From positions 1 through 43,452 of the IMG/VR virus record IMGVR_UViG_3300033153_008579: a stretch of 43,452 bases of DNA; one strand, 5' to 3'. Positions 1-8,042 of the stretch are shown here, one piece after another (the first letter of the stretch is position 1; each line of letters begins with the position of its first letter). A model generated the notes under the pieces. The model was given only the letters and a program-made list of their open reading frames with translations, was not told the DNA's origin and searched no databases. The DNA comes from a virus (taxonomy: Duplodnaviria; Caudoviricetes). The position numbers were made by a program, and so were the translations under genes.

Positions 1-65
<65 letters not shown>

Positions 66-229
66 TTAATGACTTCATCCTTCTTCTTCCTCCTCGCCTA
101 CGGGGGTTTCACCTTAGCATAGAGTTAACTTTCAAACCCCCCCTTTTTCCTATACTACCCAATCCCCCCAAACTAACTATTCAGGTACAAAAAAATCTTA
201 TATTTTTTCCCAAAAAAATTATTTTTCCC

Positions 230-258
230 TTGCGTTACCCCCTCCTATACGGTACAAT
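230..258 (+). promoter_or_regulatory. sigma70-type early promoter
   Basis: TTGCGT (230-235), 17-nt spacer, TACAAT (253-258), with an A/T-rich UP-like tract AAAAAAATTATTTTT upstream. Confidence 0.65.
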
Positions 259-323
259 ACCAAAAGTAGACAAAAAAGTACCTATACTATTCAAAGCATT
301 AAAAAGAAGCACGGAGTAATGGA

Positions 324-818
324 TTGAAGCTTAATTTGAGAAACCGCGATAAAGCCTTATCAACACTCAACACCTTTTATCCCTCATTCATTCCTCTCTC
401 TCCTCATCTTCCTTTTACATGTCTTTCCTTCATCTCTTCATCTCTTCTTCCGAGCCGCGTTTTAATCCGTACCTCTGCATCCACACCCCCTCGAGCTTCT
501 CTTCCCCCCGAGCATACCTTTGACTATCTATTCATCTATCACATCCCAACAAGCAATTATTATCTTATCCCATCAGAAGACCTACCTCTTTTATCTTCTG
601 TTTGCCTAACCGAGCGATACGAGTCATACCTTCTCATCAAAAACCCCACCACCATAGGTGATATCAGCATTCATAAATTCAATCAACCCAAAGAAGACAT
701 AGAACCCATAAAACAAGAGTCAGCAGTTTCAACTATTGAATCTGTTGATTCTTCTCCTCTTGATATCATAAAACAATCAAAAGAAGATGACCAAAGAACC
801 CTTAAACTCTTAGAATGA
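324..818 (+). CDS. hypothetical protein, possibly a degenerate PD-(D/E)XK nuclease fold
   Basis: GGAG RBS then TTG start. FDYLFIYHIPTSNYYLIPSEDL resembles the C-terminal strands of PDDEXK_5-type endonucleases, but catalytic residues are not evident. Confidence 0.5.
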   Translation: MKLNLRNRDKALSTLNTFYPSFIPLSPHLPFTCLSFISSSLLPSRVLIRTSASTPPRASLPPEHTFDYLFIYHIPTSNYYLIPSEDLPLLSSVCLTERYESYLLIKNPTTIGDISIHKFNQPKEDIEPIKQESAVSTIESVDSSPLDIIKQSKEDDQRTLKLLE

Positions 819-857
819 GACATGAATAAGAAATTTTTCATCACCACCCTCCTAAAG

Positions 858-884
858 ATGGGAGTAGCCCGTTGCTACTCCCAT
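858..884 (+). terminator. hairpin, possible terminator or processing site
   Basis: Perfect 11-bp stem ATGGGAGTAGC/GCTACTCCCAT with a 5-nt loop and a weak U-tail. Confidence 0.5.
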
Positions 885-920
885 TATAAAACCTAAACAA
901 GAAGAAAGAAAGGAATCGAA

Positions 921-1043
921 ATGAACAGAAAACAAAAAAGACACTACAAAAGGAACAAATCATTTTTTGATTTGCTCAAAGAAAAAGCTCTTCGTAATAA
1001 TTTTTATGTTGAGCATCTAAAACAAAAACCCATTAAATCATGA
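921..1043 (+). CDS. small basic hypothetical protein (40 aa, not in ORF track)
   Basis: GAAAGGA RBS; translates as MNRKQKRHYKRNKSFFDLLKEKALRNNFYVEHLKQKPIKS. Confidence 0.6.
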   Translation: MNRKQKRHYKRNKSFFDLLKEKALRNNFYVEHLKQKPIKS

Positions 1044-1055
1044 AAGGACTTCAAA

Positions 1056-1322
1056 ATGGACTCACAAGTGGACACGGAAGAAAAGTTTGTTATTGATGTA
1101 ATGAGTAACGCTCAAAAAGGACTTGCTCAACAGCTATCTCGAGACCAACTAAAAGTACCGAATCAAACATGGACACGTATTCATGCTTTACATCGAGCCG
1201 TCTTATACGCAATACTTGACCAAGTTGACTTCGAGCGTGTTGTTAAAGACGATGCATTAGACACATTAGACCTCTTATGTACAGCAAAAATGGCTTTAGT
1301 TATGGATATCATTGCTAAATGA
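1056..1322 (+). CDS. hypothetical protein
   Basis: GAAAGGA RBS, 88 aa ORF. Confidence 0.75.
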   Translation: MDSQVDTEEKFVIDVMSNAQKGLAQQLSRDQLKVPNQTWTRIHALHRAVLYAILDQVDFERVVKDDALDTLDLLCTAKMALVMDIIAK

Positions 1323-1334
1323 AAGGAGTCATTA

Positions 1335-1661
1335 GTGAAACGGAGTGAATGGCCATTACCTGGACAGACAGTTATCTTTGTCATTCCAAACGAAGAAAGA
1401 CGTCTCCCAAATCTCCTCCCAGGTTGGTTAACTAATGGAATGACTGGTTTGGTTCAACCACCGAATCCAAATACAAGAAAACCAGAGAACCTCCTCTATG
1501 TTAAGTTCGAAGAAGAAGCAATACCCATATCACCTGAGTATCTCTTCACCTTAACAAGAATGAGGGAATATGTCTTAAAAAGAGAAAGGAATAAAGATGA
1601 GTCAAAACCCACCACAAAAAAAGGATTATTCAAAAAGTATTTTGGTCGAAGATGTCATTGA
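1335..1661 (+). CDS. hypothetical protein
   Basis: GAAAGGAG RBS, GTG start, 108 aa. Confidence 0.7.
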   Translation: MKRSEWPLPGQTVIFVIPNEERRLPNLLPGWLTNGMTGLVQPPNPNTRKPENLLYVKFEEEAIPISPEYLFTLTRMREYVLKRERNKDESKPTTKKGLFKKYFGRRCH

Positions 1662-1911
1662 GCGTCTCCGACCTTTGCAAGGAACAGGTGTACCTGTAAC
1701 TGTGGATATTGGTGGGTACTCCCATCATGTATCAAAACTCCTTGTAATAACAAATAATGTCGGAGAAATCATTGAAGTCTCGATTAAAGCAAACCGAAAG
1801 AGGAAAGATGACTTTGGTGCATTTCAGCTACACAACTCCTATCGACCAACAAATTCGAAGAGATTGAGAGACATGCTTGCTAAGACGTTTCATAGAGTTT
1901 GGTCTAAATGA
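1597..1911 (+). CDS. hypothetical protein
   Basis: GAAAGGA RBS, 104 aa. Confidence 0.65.
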   Translation: MSQNPPQKKDYSKSILVEDVIERLRPLQGTGVPVTVDIGGYSHHVSKLLVITNNVGEIIEVSIKANRKRKDDFGAFQLHNSYRPTNSKRLRDMLAKTFHRVWSK

Positions 1912-1924
1912 GAAAGGAAAGATT

Positions 1925-2185
1925 ATGGAAACGATGCTCGGTAAAAAGGTTAAATGTACAATTACAGGAATGACAGGTCTGGCAACAGCTAAGATTATCT
2001 TCATGAATGGTTGCATTCAGTATCAGATACAACCAAAGACAATCATCAATGGAGTTCCTGCAGAGGCAAAGTGGTACGATGTGGAGCAGCTTGTTTTAGT
2101 TGGAGCACGAAAGAAGAAACCACAAACTTCCTCAGGAGGCCCACCACCAAAGACGACTCCGAAGAGATGTTTTGGAAGGATTTAG
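1925..2185 (+). CDS. conserved phage hypothetical protein
   Basis: RBS favours the ATG at 1925. The LGKKVKCTITGMTGLATA..NGCIQYQIQP..WYD pattern resembles a widespread phage family. Confidence 0.75.
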   Translation: METMLGKKVKCTITGMTGLATAKIIFMNGCIQYQIQPKTIINGVPAEAKWYDVEQLVLVGARKKKPQTSSGGPPPKTTPKRCFGRI

Positions 2186-2193
2186 AGTTCAAA

Positions 2194-2228
2194 GGCAGTG
2201 GCGGAATAGGTAGACGCTATTCATAGCG
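2194..2228 (+). other. tRNA-Leu-like 5' fragment (D-arm only)
   Basis: GGCAGTGGCGGAATAGGTAGACGC matches the tRNA-Leu D-arm consensus; no anticodon arm, T-arm or 3' acceptor strand follows. Confidence 0.5.
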
Positions 2229-2242
2229 GAAGGAAAGAGAAA

Positions 2243-2524
2243 ATGAAAAAACTAATTACAACAGAAGATTTTCCCCTCGACGCGCCCGATACAATAAAGG
2301 CAGACTTTAAGAGTGTGGAACGAGCACGGATAACAACAAGGATTGTACTGGAGTCCCTTTTTTCTATCATCGAAACTCAACTTCCTGACAGTCCATGGTT
2401 GTCAATACCCAACAAGTATCCCGAACTGAGTGAATTTATAACTAACAACCCAGATATTACCGTAGTTTATAATTACTCGCTTGAGAAATTTACAATTAAA
2501 CCAAAGAAAGCTTTAGAAAGTTAA
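2243..2524 (+). CDS. hypothetical protein
   Basis: AAGGA RBS, 93 aa. Confidence 0.7.
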   Translation: MKKLITTEDFPLDAPDTIKADFKSVERARITTRIVLESLFSIIETQLPDSPWLSIPNKYPELSEFITNNPDITVVYNYSLEKFTIKPKKALES

Positions 2525-2580
2525 TATAGAAATCAAAGGAAGGAAACCCCTATGACTAATGCAGAAAAACGGAGAGCCTA

Positions 2581-2871
2581 ATGAGTGAACTAATAAGGTC
2601 TAAGCGATTTTGGTGTGGATATGTCGTAGGAATTACAGTCTGCTTAATAGGTCTGCTAATAGGAATGCTTGCCGCGAATATCACGGATGAACAGCAAGGC
2701 ACGGAGGCCTTTATTTTGCCTTCAATCCGGCAAATACAACAGCAGATAAATGACATGGGCTACCCGATAAAAGTTGACGGCAAGCTTGGGCCTGAAACAC
2801 AAGAAGCATGGCAAAAGGCCCGTGCAGACCAGACCATGCTACAAATGTTAGAGAAAGGCGGTATGAAATGA
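2581..2871 (+). CDS. membrane-anchored peptidoglycan-binding domain protein
   Basis: N-terminal TM helix plus IRQIQQQINDMGYPIKVDGKLGPETQEAW (PG_binding_1-like). Confidence 0.7.
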   Translation: MSELIRSKRFWCGYVVGITVCLIGLLIGMLAANITDEQQGTEAFILPSIRQIQQQINDMGYPIKVDGKLGPETQEAWQKARADQTMLQMLEKGGMK

Positions 2872-3095
2872 CCAAATTGAAGATAAAAGGTTACGGTGTA
2901 GAAGTATGGGAAAAGTCTTTTGCTGTAATAAGCAAAAAGGACCATGAGTATTTTCGTACCCCAGTATTGTTTGTCAATAACACACCAACCCCGGAGGTGA
3001 TAGAAAAGTTTTGCGAGGCCTTAGATTCTGCTTATGAAGCTGGCAACCGCTCGGCTAAAAAAGAACTTAGAATATGGTTAGGGCTAAATGATTAG
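2868..3095 (+). CDS. hypothetical protein
   Basis: ATGA overlap with the upstream stop; likely start MTKLKIKG. Confidence 0.7.
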   Translation: MTKLKIKGYGVEVWEKSFAVISKKDHEYFRTPVLFVNNTPTPEVIEKFCEALDSAYEAGNRSAKKELRIWLGLND

Positions 3096-3111
3096 AGAAA
3101 GGTGGCATGAA

Positions 3112-3240
3112 ATGGGCGATATAGCAGATTATATCAATGAACAAGGCGAAGATATGTGGCTTGCTCATATAAATGGAAATTGTTTTGAAGATTGTATATA
3201 TTGTGAAACAGAAGAGCTCAAGGAAGGCGGTATGAAATGA
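3112..3240 (+). CDS. small acidic protein with CxxCxxC-like motif (42 aa, not in ORF track)
   Basis: MGDIADYINEQGEDMWLAHINGNCFEDCIYCETEELKEGGMK; has an RBS and ATGA coupling to the next gene. Confidence 0.7.
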   Translation: MGDIADYINEQGEDMWLAHINGNCFEDCIYCETEELKEGGMK

Positions 3241-3494
3241 ACATCCCTAAGAATATAGAGGCGGCCTTAAACAGATATGTCATAGATGGAATACCCACAG
3301 GAGGTTTTCTTCGTGCGGTTCTTTCCAATGACCTATTTGAGGCTGTCGCCAGAGCTGATATGGACAATCAATACGGCTTAGTTTCAATTTGTCAATATAT
3401 CTATAATTATTGTCCTTCGATATGTCATGGTTCTTCGGAAAAGGTCGACAAGTGGATAGAAAGTAAAAGAAAAGAAAAAGCAGGTATGAAATGA
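3237..3494 (+). CDS. conserved phage hypothetical protein
   Basis: RYVIDGIPTGGFLRAVLSNDLFEAVARAD..HGS..V..W pattern resembles a widespread phage family. Confidence 0.75.
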   Translation: MNIPKNIEAALNRYVIDGIPTGGFLRAVLSNDLFEAVARADMDNQYGLVSICQYIYNYCPSICHGSSEKVDKWIESKRKEKAGMK

Positions 3495-3754
3495 GCTACG
3501 ACGACTTCAAACACCCAAATACTTGTCCCGAGAAAAGCCCAAAGGTTGTCGGCTATTGCGAAGTATGTGATAGCGAAATGTACGATTATGAAGTAACACA
3601 ATGCGACTGCAGCAAAGAGGTACATAAACGTTGTATGGTCGAATGTGCTAATTGTAAAAGCGAAGGCTGCAAAGGCTGTATGACCTATGACGAGGATTTG
3701 GGTGAATGGCTTTGCGGGGCTGAGTGTAAGGAAGAGTTTGAAAACAAGCACTAA
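3491..3754 (+). CDS. Cys-rich zinc-binding protein
   Basis: Multiple CxxC motifs; ATGA coupling. Confidence 0.7.
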   Translation: MSYDDFKHPNTCPEKSPKVVGYCEVCDSEMYDYEVTQCDCSKEVHKRCMVECANCKSEGCKGCMTYDEDLGEWLCGAECKEEFENKH

Positions 3755-3864
3755 TTTTTAAGGAGAAAGAAAAATCAGCAATTTCAATTGTTGAATTCCC
3801 TTAATCAAAAAATCAATCTAACGTGGGTTGATTAATCAAGAAACCTCTTATATAGGAGAATCAG

Positions 3865-4218
3865 ATGCGAGAAGAACAGAAGGACGTAAGGTTGAAAGGT
3901 AAGGTTGTTGAGACAATTGTAATTCCAATTTACACTGATTTGGAAGAAGCCGTTGAAGCTCTTGGTGACGTTAAATCCCTTGATTTACTTAACCGTCAGC
4001 TTAAGGCTGATTTGTCCAATGCCTGCCGAGCGAAGTATGCTCCAACGAAGGCTGGGAAGAAAAAACTCATGCAGTTGGCCTACAAGCTTTGTGATGAGTC
4101 AGAACATCCTGAGAACTATGCGAAGATGGTTAGTCTCATCGGTGACTACGATGGTGTTCAAGCCTTCCTTGAATCTCTCATCCCTGAGGTCGAAGCAATG
4201 TTGAAAGAGTCAGCCTAA
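3865..4218 (+). CDS. hypothetical protein
   Basis: AGGAGA RBS, 117 aa. Confidence 0.8.
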   Translation: MREEQKDVRLKGKVVETIVIPIYTDLEEAVEALGDVKSLDLLNRQLKADLSNACRAKYAPTKAGKKKLMQLAYKLCDESEHPENYAKMVSLIGDYDGVQAFLESLIPEVEAMLKESA

Positions 4219-4243
4219 GAGAAGAAGAAATGAAAGGAATATA

Positions 4244-4426
4244 ATGTTGGTATTACAGAGAAAACCTGGAGAGACAATTACGATTGGTGATGACGTTGTC
4301 GTTACGGTTTTAGAGGTTCGAAGTCATTTCTCAGTAAAATTAGGTTTTGAAGCTCCAAAGGATGTAAAGATTTTTCGCACAGAGCTGTTAGAAGGAAAGA
4401 ATGATGAGAAATCCAGTCTATCCTAA
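4244..4426 (+). CDS. csrA: carbon storage regulator CsrA/RsmA-family RNA-binding protein
   Basis: MLVLQRKPGETITIGDDVVVTVLEV..VKLGFEAPKDVKIFRTEL matches the CsrA consensus. Confidence 0.93.
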   Translation: MLVLQRKPGETITIGDDVVVTVLEVRSHFSVKLGFEAPKDVKIFRTELLEGKNDEKSSLS

Positions 4427-4631
4427 TGACGTAATTTTTCTCTCCTTATCAATGGAAGAGAAGATAAAGCTTGTCTCAGAGATACAAAAGAGACGTGAGA
4501 GGGCTTTAATATCCTTTCAATCGAAGAGGAGAGTTAATCGTGTGGAGAAGAAAAAACCTATTGGATTGTCAAAAGAACTATCTAAGCTGTTCGATAAAAT
4601 GGATCCAAGGATTCAAGGTTTAATTTCGTGA
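4401..4631 (+). CDS. hypothetical protein
   Basis: 76 aa ORF with RBS, in operon. Confidence 0.6.
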   Translation: MMRNPVYPNDVIFLSLSMEEKIKLVSEIQKRRERALISFQSKRRVNRVEKKKPIGLSKELSKLFDKMDPRIQGLIS

Positions 4632-4638
4632 GTCAATC

Positions 4639-5088
4639 ATGCTACCATTCAAGAAAATCAGGGCTTCCTTATACAAACAAGCGAGAGATTTTGCGAATAA
4701 GAATCCCGAATTTTCAAAGAACGAGCTTCTTGCAGTTGCATGGTTGGGTTGCATAGATGTCAAAGAACCAAAACTTGTCTCAAAGAAAGCAAAGTGGAGT
4801 ATTCAGAATTTTCTCAGGAAAGAACGGATTTTCAAGAAGAGGCACATGGAGTTGACAGAGGAGTTACAGCTTCATCTTGTTGCTCCATGTGTCTTTAATG
4901 AAGAACCTCTTGATTTGAATGAGCTAATCAGACGAGCGTCTCTTTCAGAGAAAGAAAAGGTTGTTTTATATGCTCGTTTTTATCAGAGTCAGATGCTCTC
5001 GGATATTGGTTTGACTCATGGATTGACAAAGCAAAGAGTGAGTCAGATTATACAGGAAGCATTGAGGAAAATAAGGAGAGTTATTTGA
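4639..5088 (+). CDS. RNA polymerase sigma factor-like protein (region 4 HTH)
   Basis: LSEKEKVVLYARFYQSQMLSDIGLTHGLTKQRVSQIIQEALRKIR is a sigma70 region 4 pattern; a short region-2-like N-terminus precedes it. Confidence 0.8.
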   Translation: MLPFKKIRASLYKQARDFANKNPEFSKNELLAVAWLGCIDVKEPKLVSKKAKWSIQNFLRKERIFKKRHMELTEELQLHLVAPCVFNEEPLDLNELIRRASLSEKEKVVLYARFYQSQMLSDIGLTHGLTKQRVSQIIQEALRKIRRVI

Positions 5089-5244
5089 ATGAAGGATGAA
5101 ACATATCTAAGGCATTGGAAAGAAAAGGTTCGTTTGGTAAAAATGGAGGTTGCGAGCCTTCGAAAGACCATTTAAATTCAACGTGACTGAATTGCCTTCT
5201 TGGAGCATCTTTCCAAAGAAGAAAGAAGAAAGGAGAAAGAATGA
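5089..5244 (+). pseudogene. small ORF with two in-frame stops
   Basis: AAGGAG RBS, ATG at 5089, MKDETYLRHWKEKVRLVKMEVASLRKTI*IQRD*IAFLEHLSKEERRKEKE*; final stop forms an ATGA overlap with the gene at 5241. Confidence 0.45.
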
Positions 5245-5621
5245 GAAAGTATGGATTAAGTATAGGCTCCTCTGGAGTTGAGTTCTCAACACGTGAGGAC
5301 AGAGAAAAGGCTCTTTTGATGTTTACAAAGGGCTCAACAGTAAAGATTTCAACTACTGGTATTCGATACTCTGACACGAATACCACTTTTGGAACATACG
5401 AAAGAGAATCAAATGAGGTTTTGGTGTCATGTAGTCAGTGTTCTGGTGTTTTCTCTATTGAGTGTTGTGGAAAACGTGCCTCTCCTGTTTTTCGATCATG
5501 GTCAAAAAAATGGGAAACAGAGGAGGCTCATATCTGTGATGGTTGTTTTACGCAGAGGAAGCAAGACAAGGAAATTGCAGACGCAAAACAGAAGCTTCAA
5601 GATGTGGGAGAGACACCATGA
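5241..5621 (+). CDS. zinc-binding hypothetical protein
   Basis: AGGAGA RBS; CSQC and CDGC motifs. Confidence 0.7.
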   Translation: MRKYGLSIGSSGVEFSTREDREKALLMFTKGSTVKISTTGIRYSDTNTTFGTYERESNEVLVSCSQCSGVFSIECCGKRASPVFRSWSKKWETEEAHICDGCFTQRKQDKEIADAKQKLQDVGETP

Positions 5622-6529
5622 GTTCGATAAAAGCACAAGAAGAAATGGAAATACAATATGTCTCACCAACAGGGCTTGCATGTTCCAATCGATGTCTTGC
5701 GAAGTATTATTTTCAGAATCTTCTTCGTTTAAGAAAAAGAGGTGCGATGACGATTGCTCTTGATTATGGAAAGTGCATTCATTGTTGCATTCACAAGGCT
5801 TATCTTGACCCAAAGGCTGCATTGGATATTTTTCTCGACGAGTGGAATGAATATCCACATCGAGATAGTGACAAGAAGAGGAATCCAACACGTGCCTTAG
5901 CAACGCTTGAGGAGTTTCATTTCATGCATTTCCAAGAACGTGCAACTTATCAACCTCTTGACCCACCATCAGGAATCATAGAATCCCTTGAGAAATACAA
6001 CGACTATGAAGCTCCTTTTTTAATCGACGTCGGAGCCTGTTATCCCCTTTATGGAAAGATTGACAGGAGTGTTAAGTGGCTTGCTGATGGGAGGAAATGG
6101 CCTCTTGATTATAAAACCTCATCAGAAGTATCAGCCCGAATCTTCAACAACTTCACAAGCACAACTCAAACACTTGGATATACACTTGCTCATTCGTATC
6201 TGACAGGTGAAGATGCTCCTGGAATTATCTACGAGCTTCTTCGAACCTCAGATAGAAATGCAGAGTGTATGCTTCATCCGATTTTCGTCCGTCCTGTTTG
6301 GCTCGAAACGTTTGTTGGATGGACAAAAAATCAATGTCAAGAGATTCAAAGATGTAATGAGCAAAAGAACTGGCCAAAAAATCCTTGTGGATGTGCACCT
6401 TATGGGATGTTTGGGACACCTGGATATGCATGTGATTATGAGCTTCTTTGTTCTCTTGACGACTGGAGAGAAGGAGTTAAATTTTATGATGTACATGAGT
6501 GGAATCCTCTAAAAAAGAAAGGAGAATAA
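5618..6529 (+). CDS. PD-(D/E)XK nuclease, Cas4/RecB-like exonuclease
   Basis: E..LYGKIDR..PLDYKTS..Q..GY motifs with N- and C-terminal Cys; start placed at the ATGA overlap (5618). Confidence 0.85.
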   Translation: MSSIKAQEEMEIQYVSPTGLACSNRCLAKYYFQNLLRLRKRGAMTIALDYGKCIHCCIHKAYLDPKAALDIFLDEWNEYPHRDSDKKRNPTRALATLEEFHFMHFQERATYQPLDPPSGIIESLEKYNDYEAPFLIDVGACYPLYGKIDRSVKWLADGRKWPLDYKTSSEVSARIFNNFTSTTQTLGYTLAHSYLTGEDAPGIIYELLRTSDRNAECMLHPIFVRPVWLETFVGWTKNQCQEIQRCNEQKNWPKNPCGCAPYGMFGTPGYACDYELLCSLDDWREGVKFYDVHEWNPLKKKGE

Positions 6530-6775
6530 ATGAAAAACCTTTGTATCACGACTCTTCTTTTGTTGTTTTTATCAACAGGCTGTGCTCTCATGGATGAAAC
6601 TGCAACAAGAGTTATAGAGAATGAACCTGTAATAAGAACGGTTGCTGAGGTTGCACCTCTCGTAACTCCTCTTCCACTTGGATACATGATAACAGCCGCG
6701 TTGGGTGGAATTCTTACAACAGCTAAAGTGTATGATGAGCTTAGGAAAAGGAATTTGAAAAATGAAAGCACTTGA
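6530..6775 (+). CDS. lipoprotein with C-terminal hydrophobic helix
   Basis: Signal peptide with lipobox LSTGC; second hydrophobic segment LPLGYMITAALGGILTTA. Confidence 0.7.
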   Translation: MKNLCITTLLLLFLSTGCALMDETATRVIENEPVIRTVAEVAPLVTPLPLGYMITAALGGILTTAKVYDELRKRNLKNEST

Positions 6776-7505
6776 TTTAATCAAAGAAAACAGACCTCCG
6801 AAGATTCTCATCTGCAGTGGTGCAGGGTCAGGCAAGACGGGTCTCGTATCACAAGCTTCACGTGGATACCTGATGGACTTCGATATAGGAATGAGAACAG
6901 CTGCGAATATCAAAGACAAGTTTTCTGAGAAGCGACATCAAATCGAATTTGACACCTATCGTGATAAAGACCCGCGATATCCAAAAGCTTGGATTAACGC
7001 AAAGAAGAAGATTTTTGAGATTCGAACCTCTTGTGATAAGAAGACCTGTGAGTACGATGCCCTGATAATTGATAGTCTTACTTTCATGGGTAACATGTGC
7101 TACAATCAAATCATGTATCAAGTAAACAAACCAATGGGAAAGCCTTCGCTTCCTGATTGGGGCTTGATGTTGACTGATATGAGAAATATGCTTCAATTGA
7201 TTACCACACTTCCACTTTTGGTTATTGTTACGGCTCATGAAGAGCACTTTCAAGTTGGAGATGATACCTTTGTTAAGGTCAAGACTCTCGGACAAAAACT
7301 TGCACCTGAGTTGCCTGGGATGTTTGATGAGGTCTGGGAAATGAAACCAAAGAAGCGTCCTCAGAATAAAATCGATTGGACGGTCTCTTGGATTCCTAAT
7401 GAGTTCAAACAAATAAGAACCCGTTCTGGTCAGCTTAAGTCATTCGTTATTAATGACATAGGATTGACTGGAGTTTTAAGTGAAATAAATTATTGTTATG
7501 ATTAG
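6762..7505 (+). CDS. Sak4-like / AAA_24 ATPase (single-strand annealing recombinase)
   Basis: Walker A GAGSGKT, LIIDSLT, PSLPDWG, VIVTAHE, FDEV; located between the nuclease and the SSB. Confidence 0.85.
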   Translation: MKALDLIKENRPPKILICSGAGSGKTGLVSQASRGYLMDFDIGMRTAANIKDKFSEKRHQIEFDTYRDKDPRYPKAWINAKKKIFEIRTSCDKKTCEYDALIIDSLTFMGNMCYNQIMYQVNKPMGKPSLPDWGLMLTDMRNMLQLITTLPLLVIVTAHEEHFQVGDDTFVKVKTLGQKLAPELPGMFDEVWEMKPKKRPQNKIDWTVSWIPNEFKQIRTRSGQLKSFVINDIGLTGVLSEINYCYD

Positions 7506-7523
7506 AAAGAAAGGAAAGAAGAA

Positions 7524-7967
7524 ATGGGAACAATTCAGATTGACGTATCGGATAGGGAAGCCTTAACAAAGACAGACTTTCCGGTAATGGAGCCTGGTGT
7601 GTATGATGCCTTGATTAAGAAAACCCCGAAGGTCATAGCTTGTGCACCTCCAAGTACCAACAAGATGGTTAAGGTTGAAATGGAAGTTACTCATGAAGAG
7701 ACCAAGTATGTTGTCTTTGACCAACTTGTTCTTCCGTATCCAGGTTGTCATCAATTCATGCATGCAAAACTCTATCAATTCTCAACGTGCTTTGGTGTTG
7801 AAGTGGATGACTCCGGAAACATCGACCTTGAGACCTTTGCTGGAGCGGTTGGTTCAATTCGTGTTGGACAGGCAATTCAAGAAAAGGGGAGGAATCAAGG
7901 GAAACCTTATCACTTTGTGAATGCTTATCTCTTTAAGCAAGAAAAAGAAGCGGATTCACCAGAGTAG
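7524..7967 (+). CDS. single-stranded DNA-binding protein (DUF669-like)
   Basis: PGVYDALI..MVKVEMEV..VFDQL OB-fold-like pattern, acidic tail, synteny with Sak4. Confidence 0.65.
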   Translation: MGTIQIDVSDREALTKTDFPVMEPGVYDALIKKTPKVIACAPPSTNKMVKVEMEVTHEETKYVVFDQLVLPYPGCHQFMHAKLYQFSTCFGVEVDDSGNIDLETFAGAVGSIRVGQAIQEKGRNQGKPYHFVNAYLFKQEKEADSPE

Positions 7968-7997
7968 TTTCTACCTCCTCCAGTACGCTGTTCAAAT

Positions 7998-8029
7998 GGG
8001 CGGTCAGCGTTATCAAAACCGCCCTTTTT
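7998..8029 (+). terminator. intrinsic terminator (overlaps a pseudoknot candidate)
   Basis: GGGCGGT/ACCGCCC stem followed by TTTTT. Confidence 0.75.
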
Positions 8030-8042
8030 AGGAGAATAAATA

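Larger units (their letters stand above)
2848..3494 (+). repeat. four copies of the gene-junction repeat GAAAGGCGGTATGAAATG
   Basis: Copies at 2848-2871, 3092-3114, 3221-3240 and 3474-3494. Confidence 0.85.
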
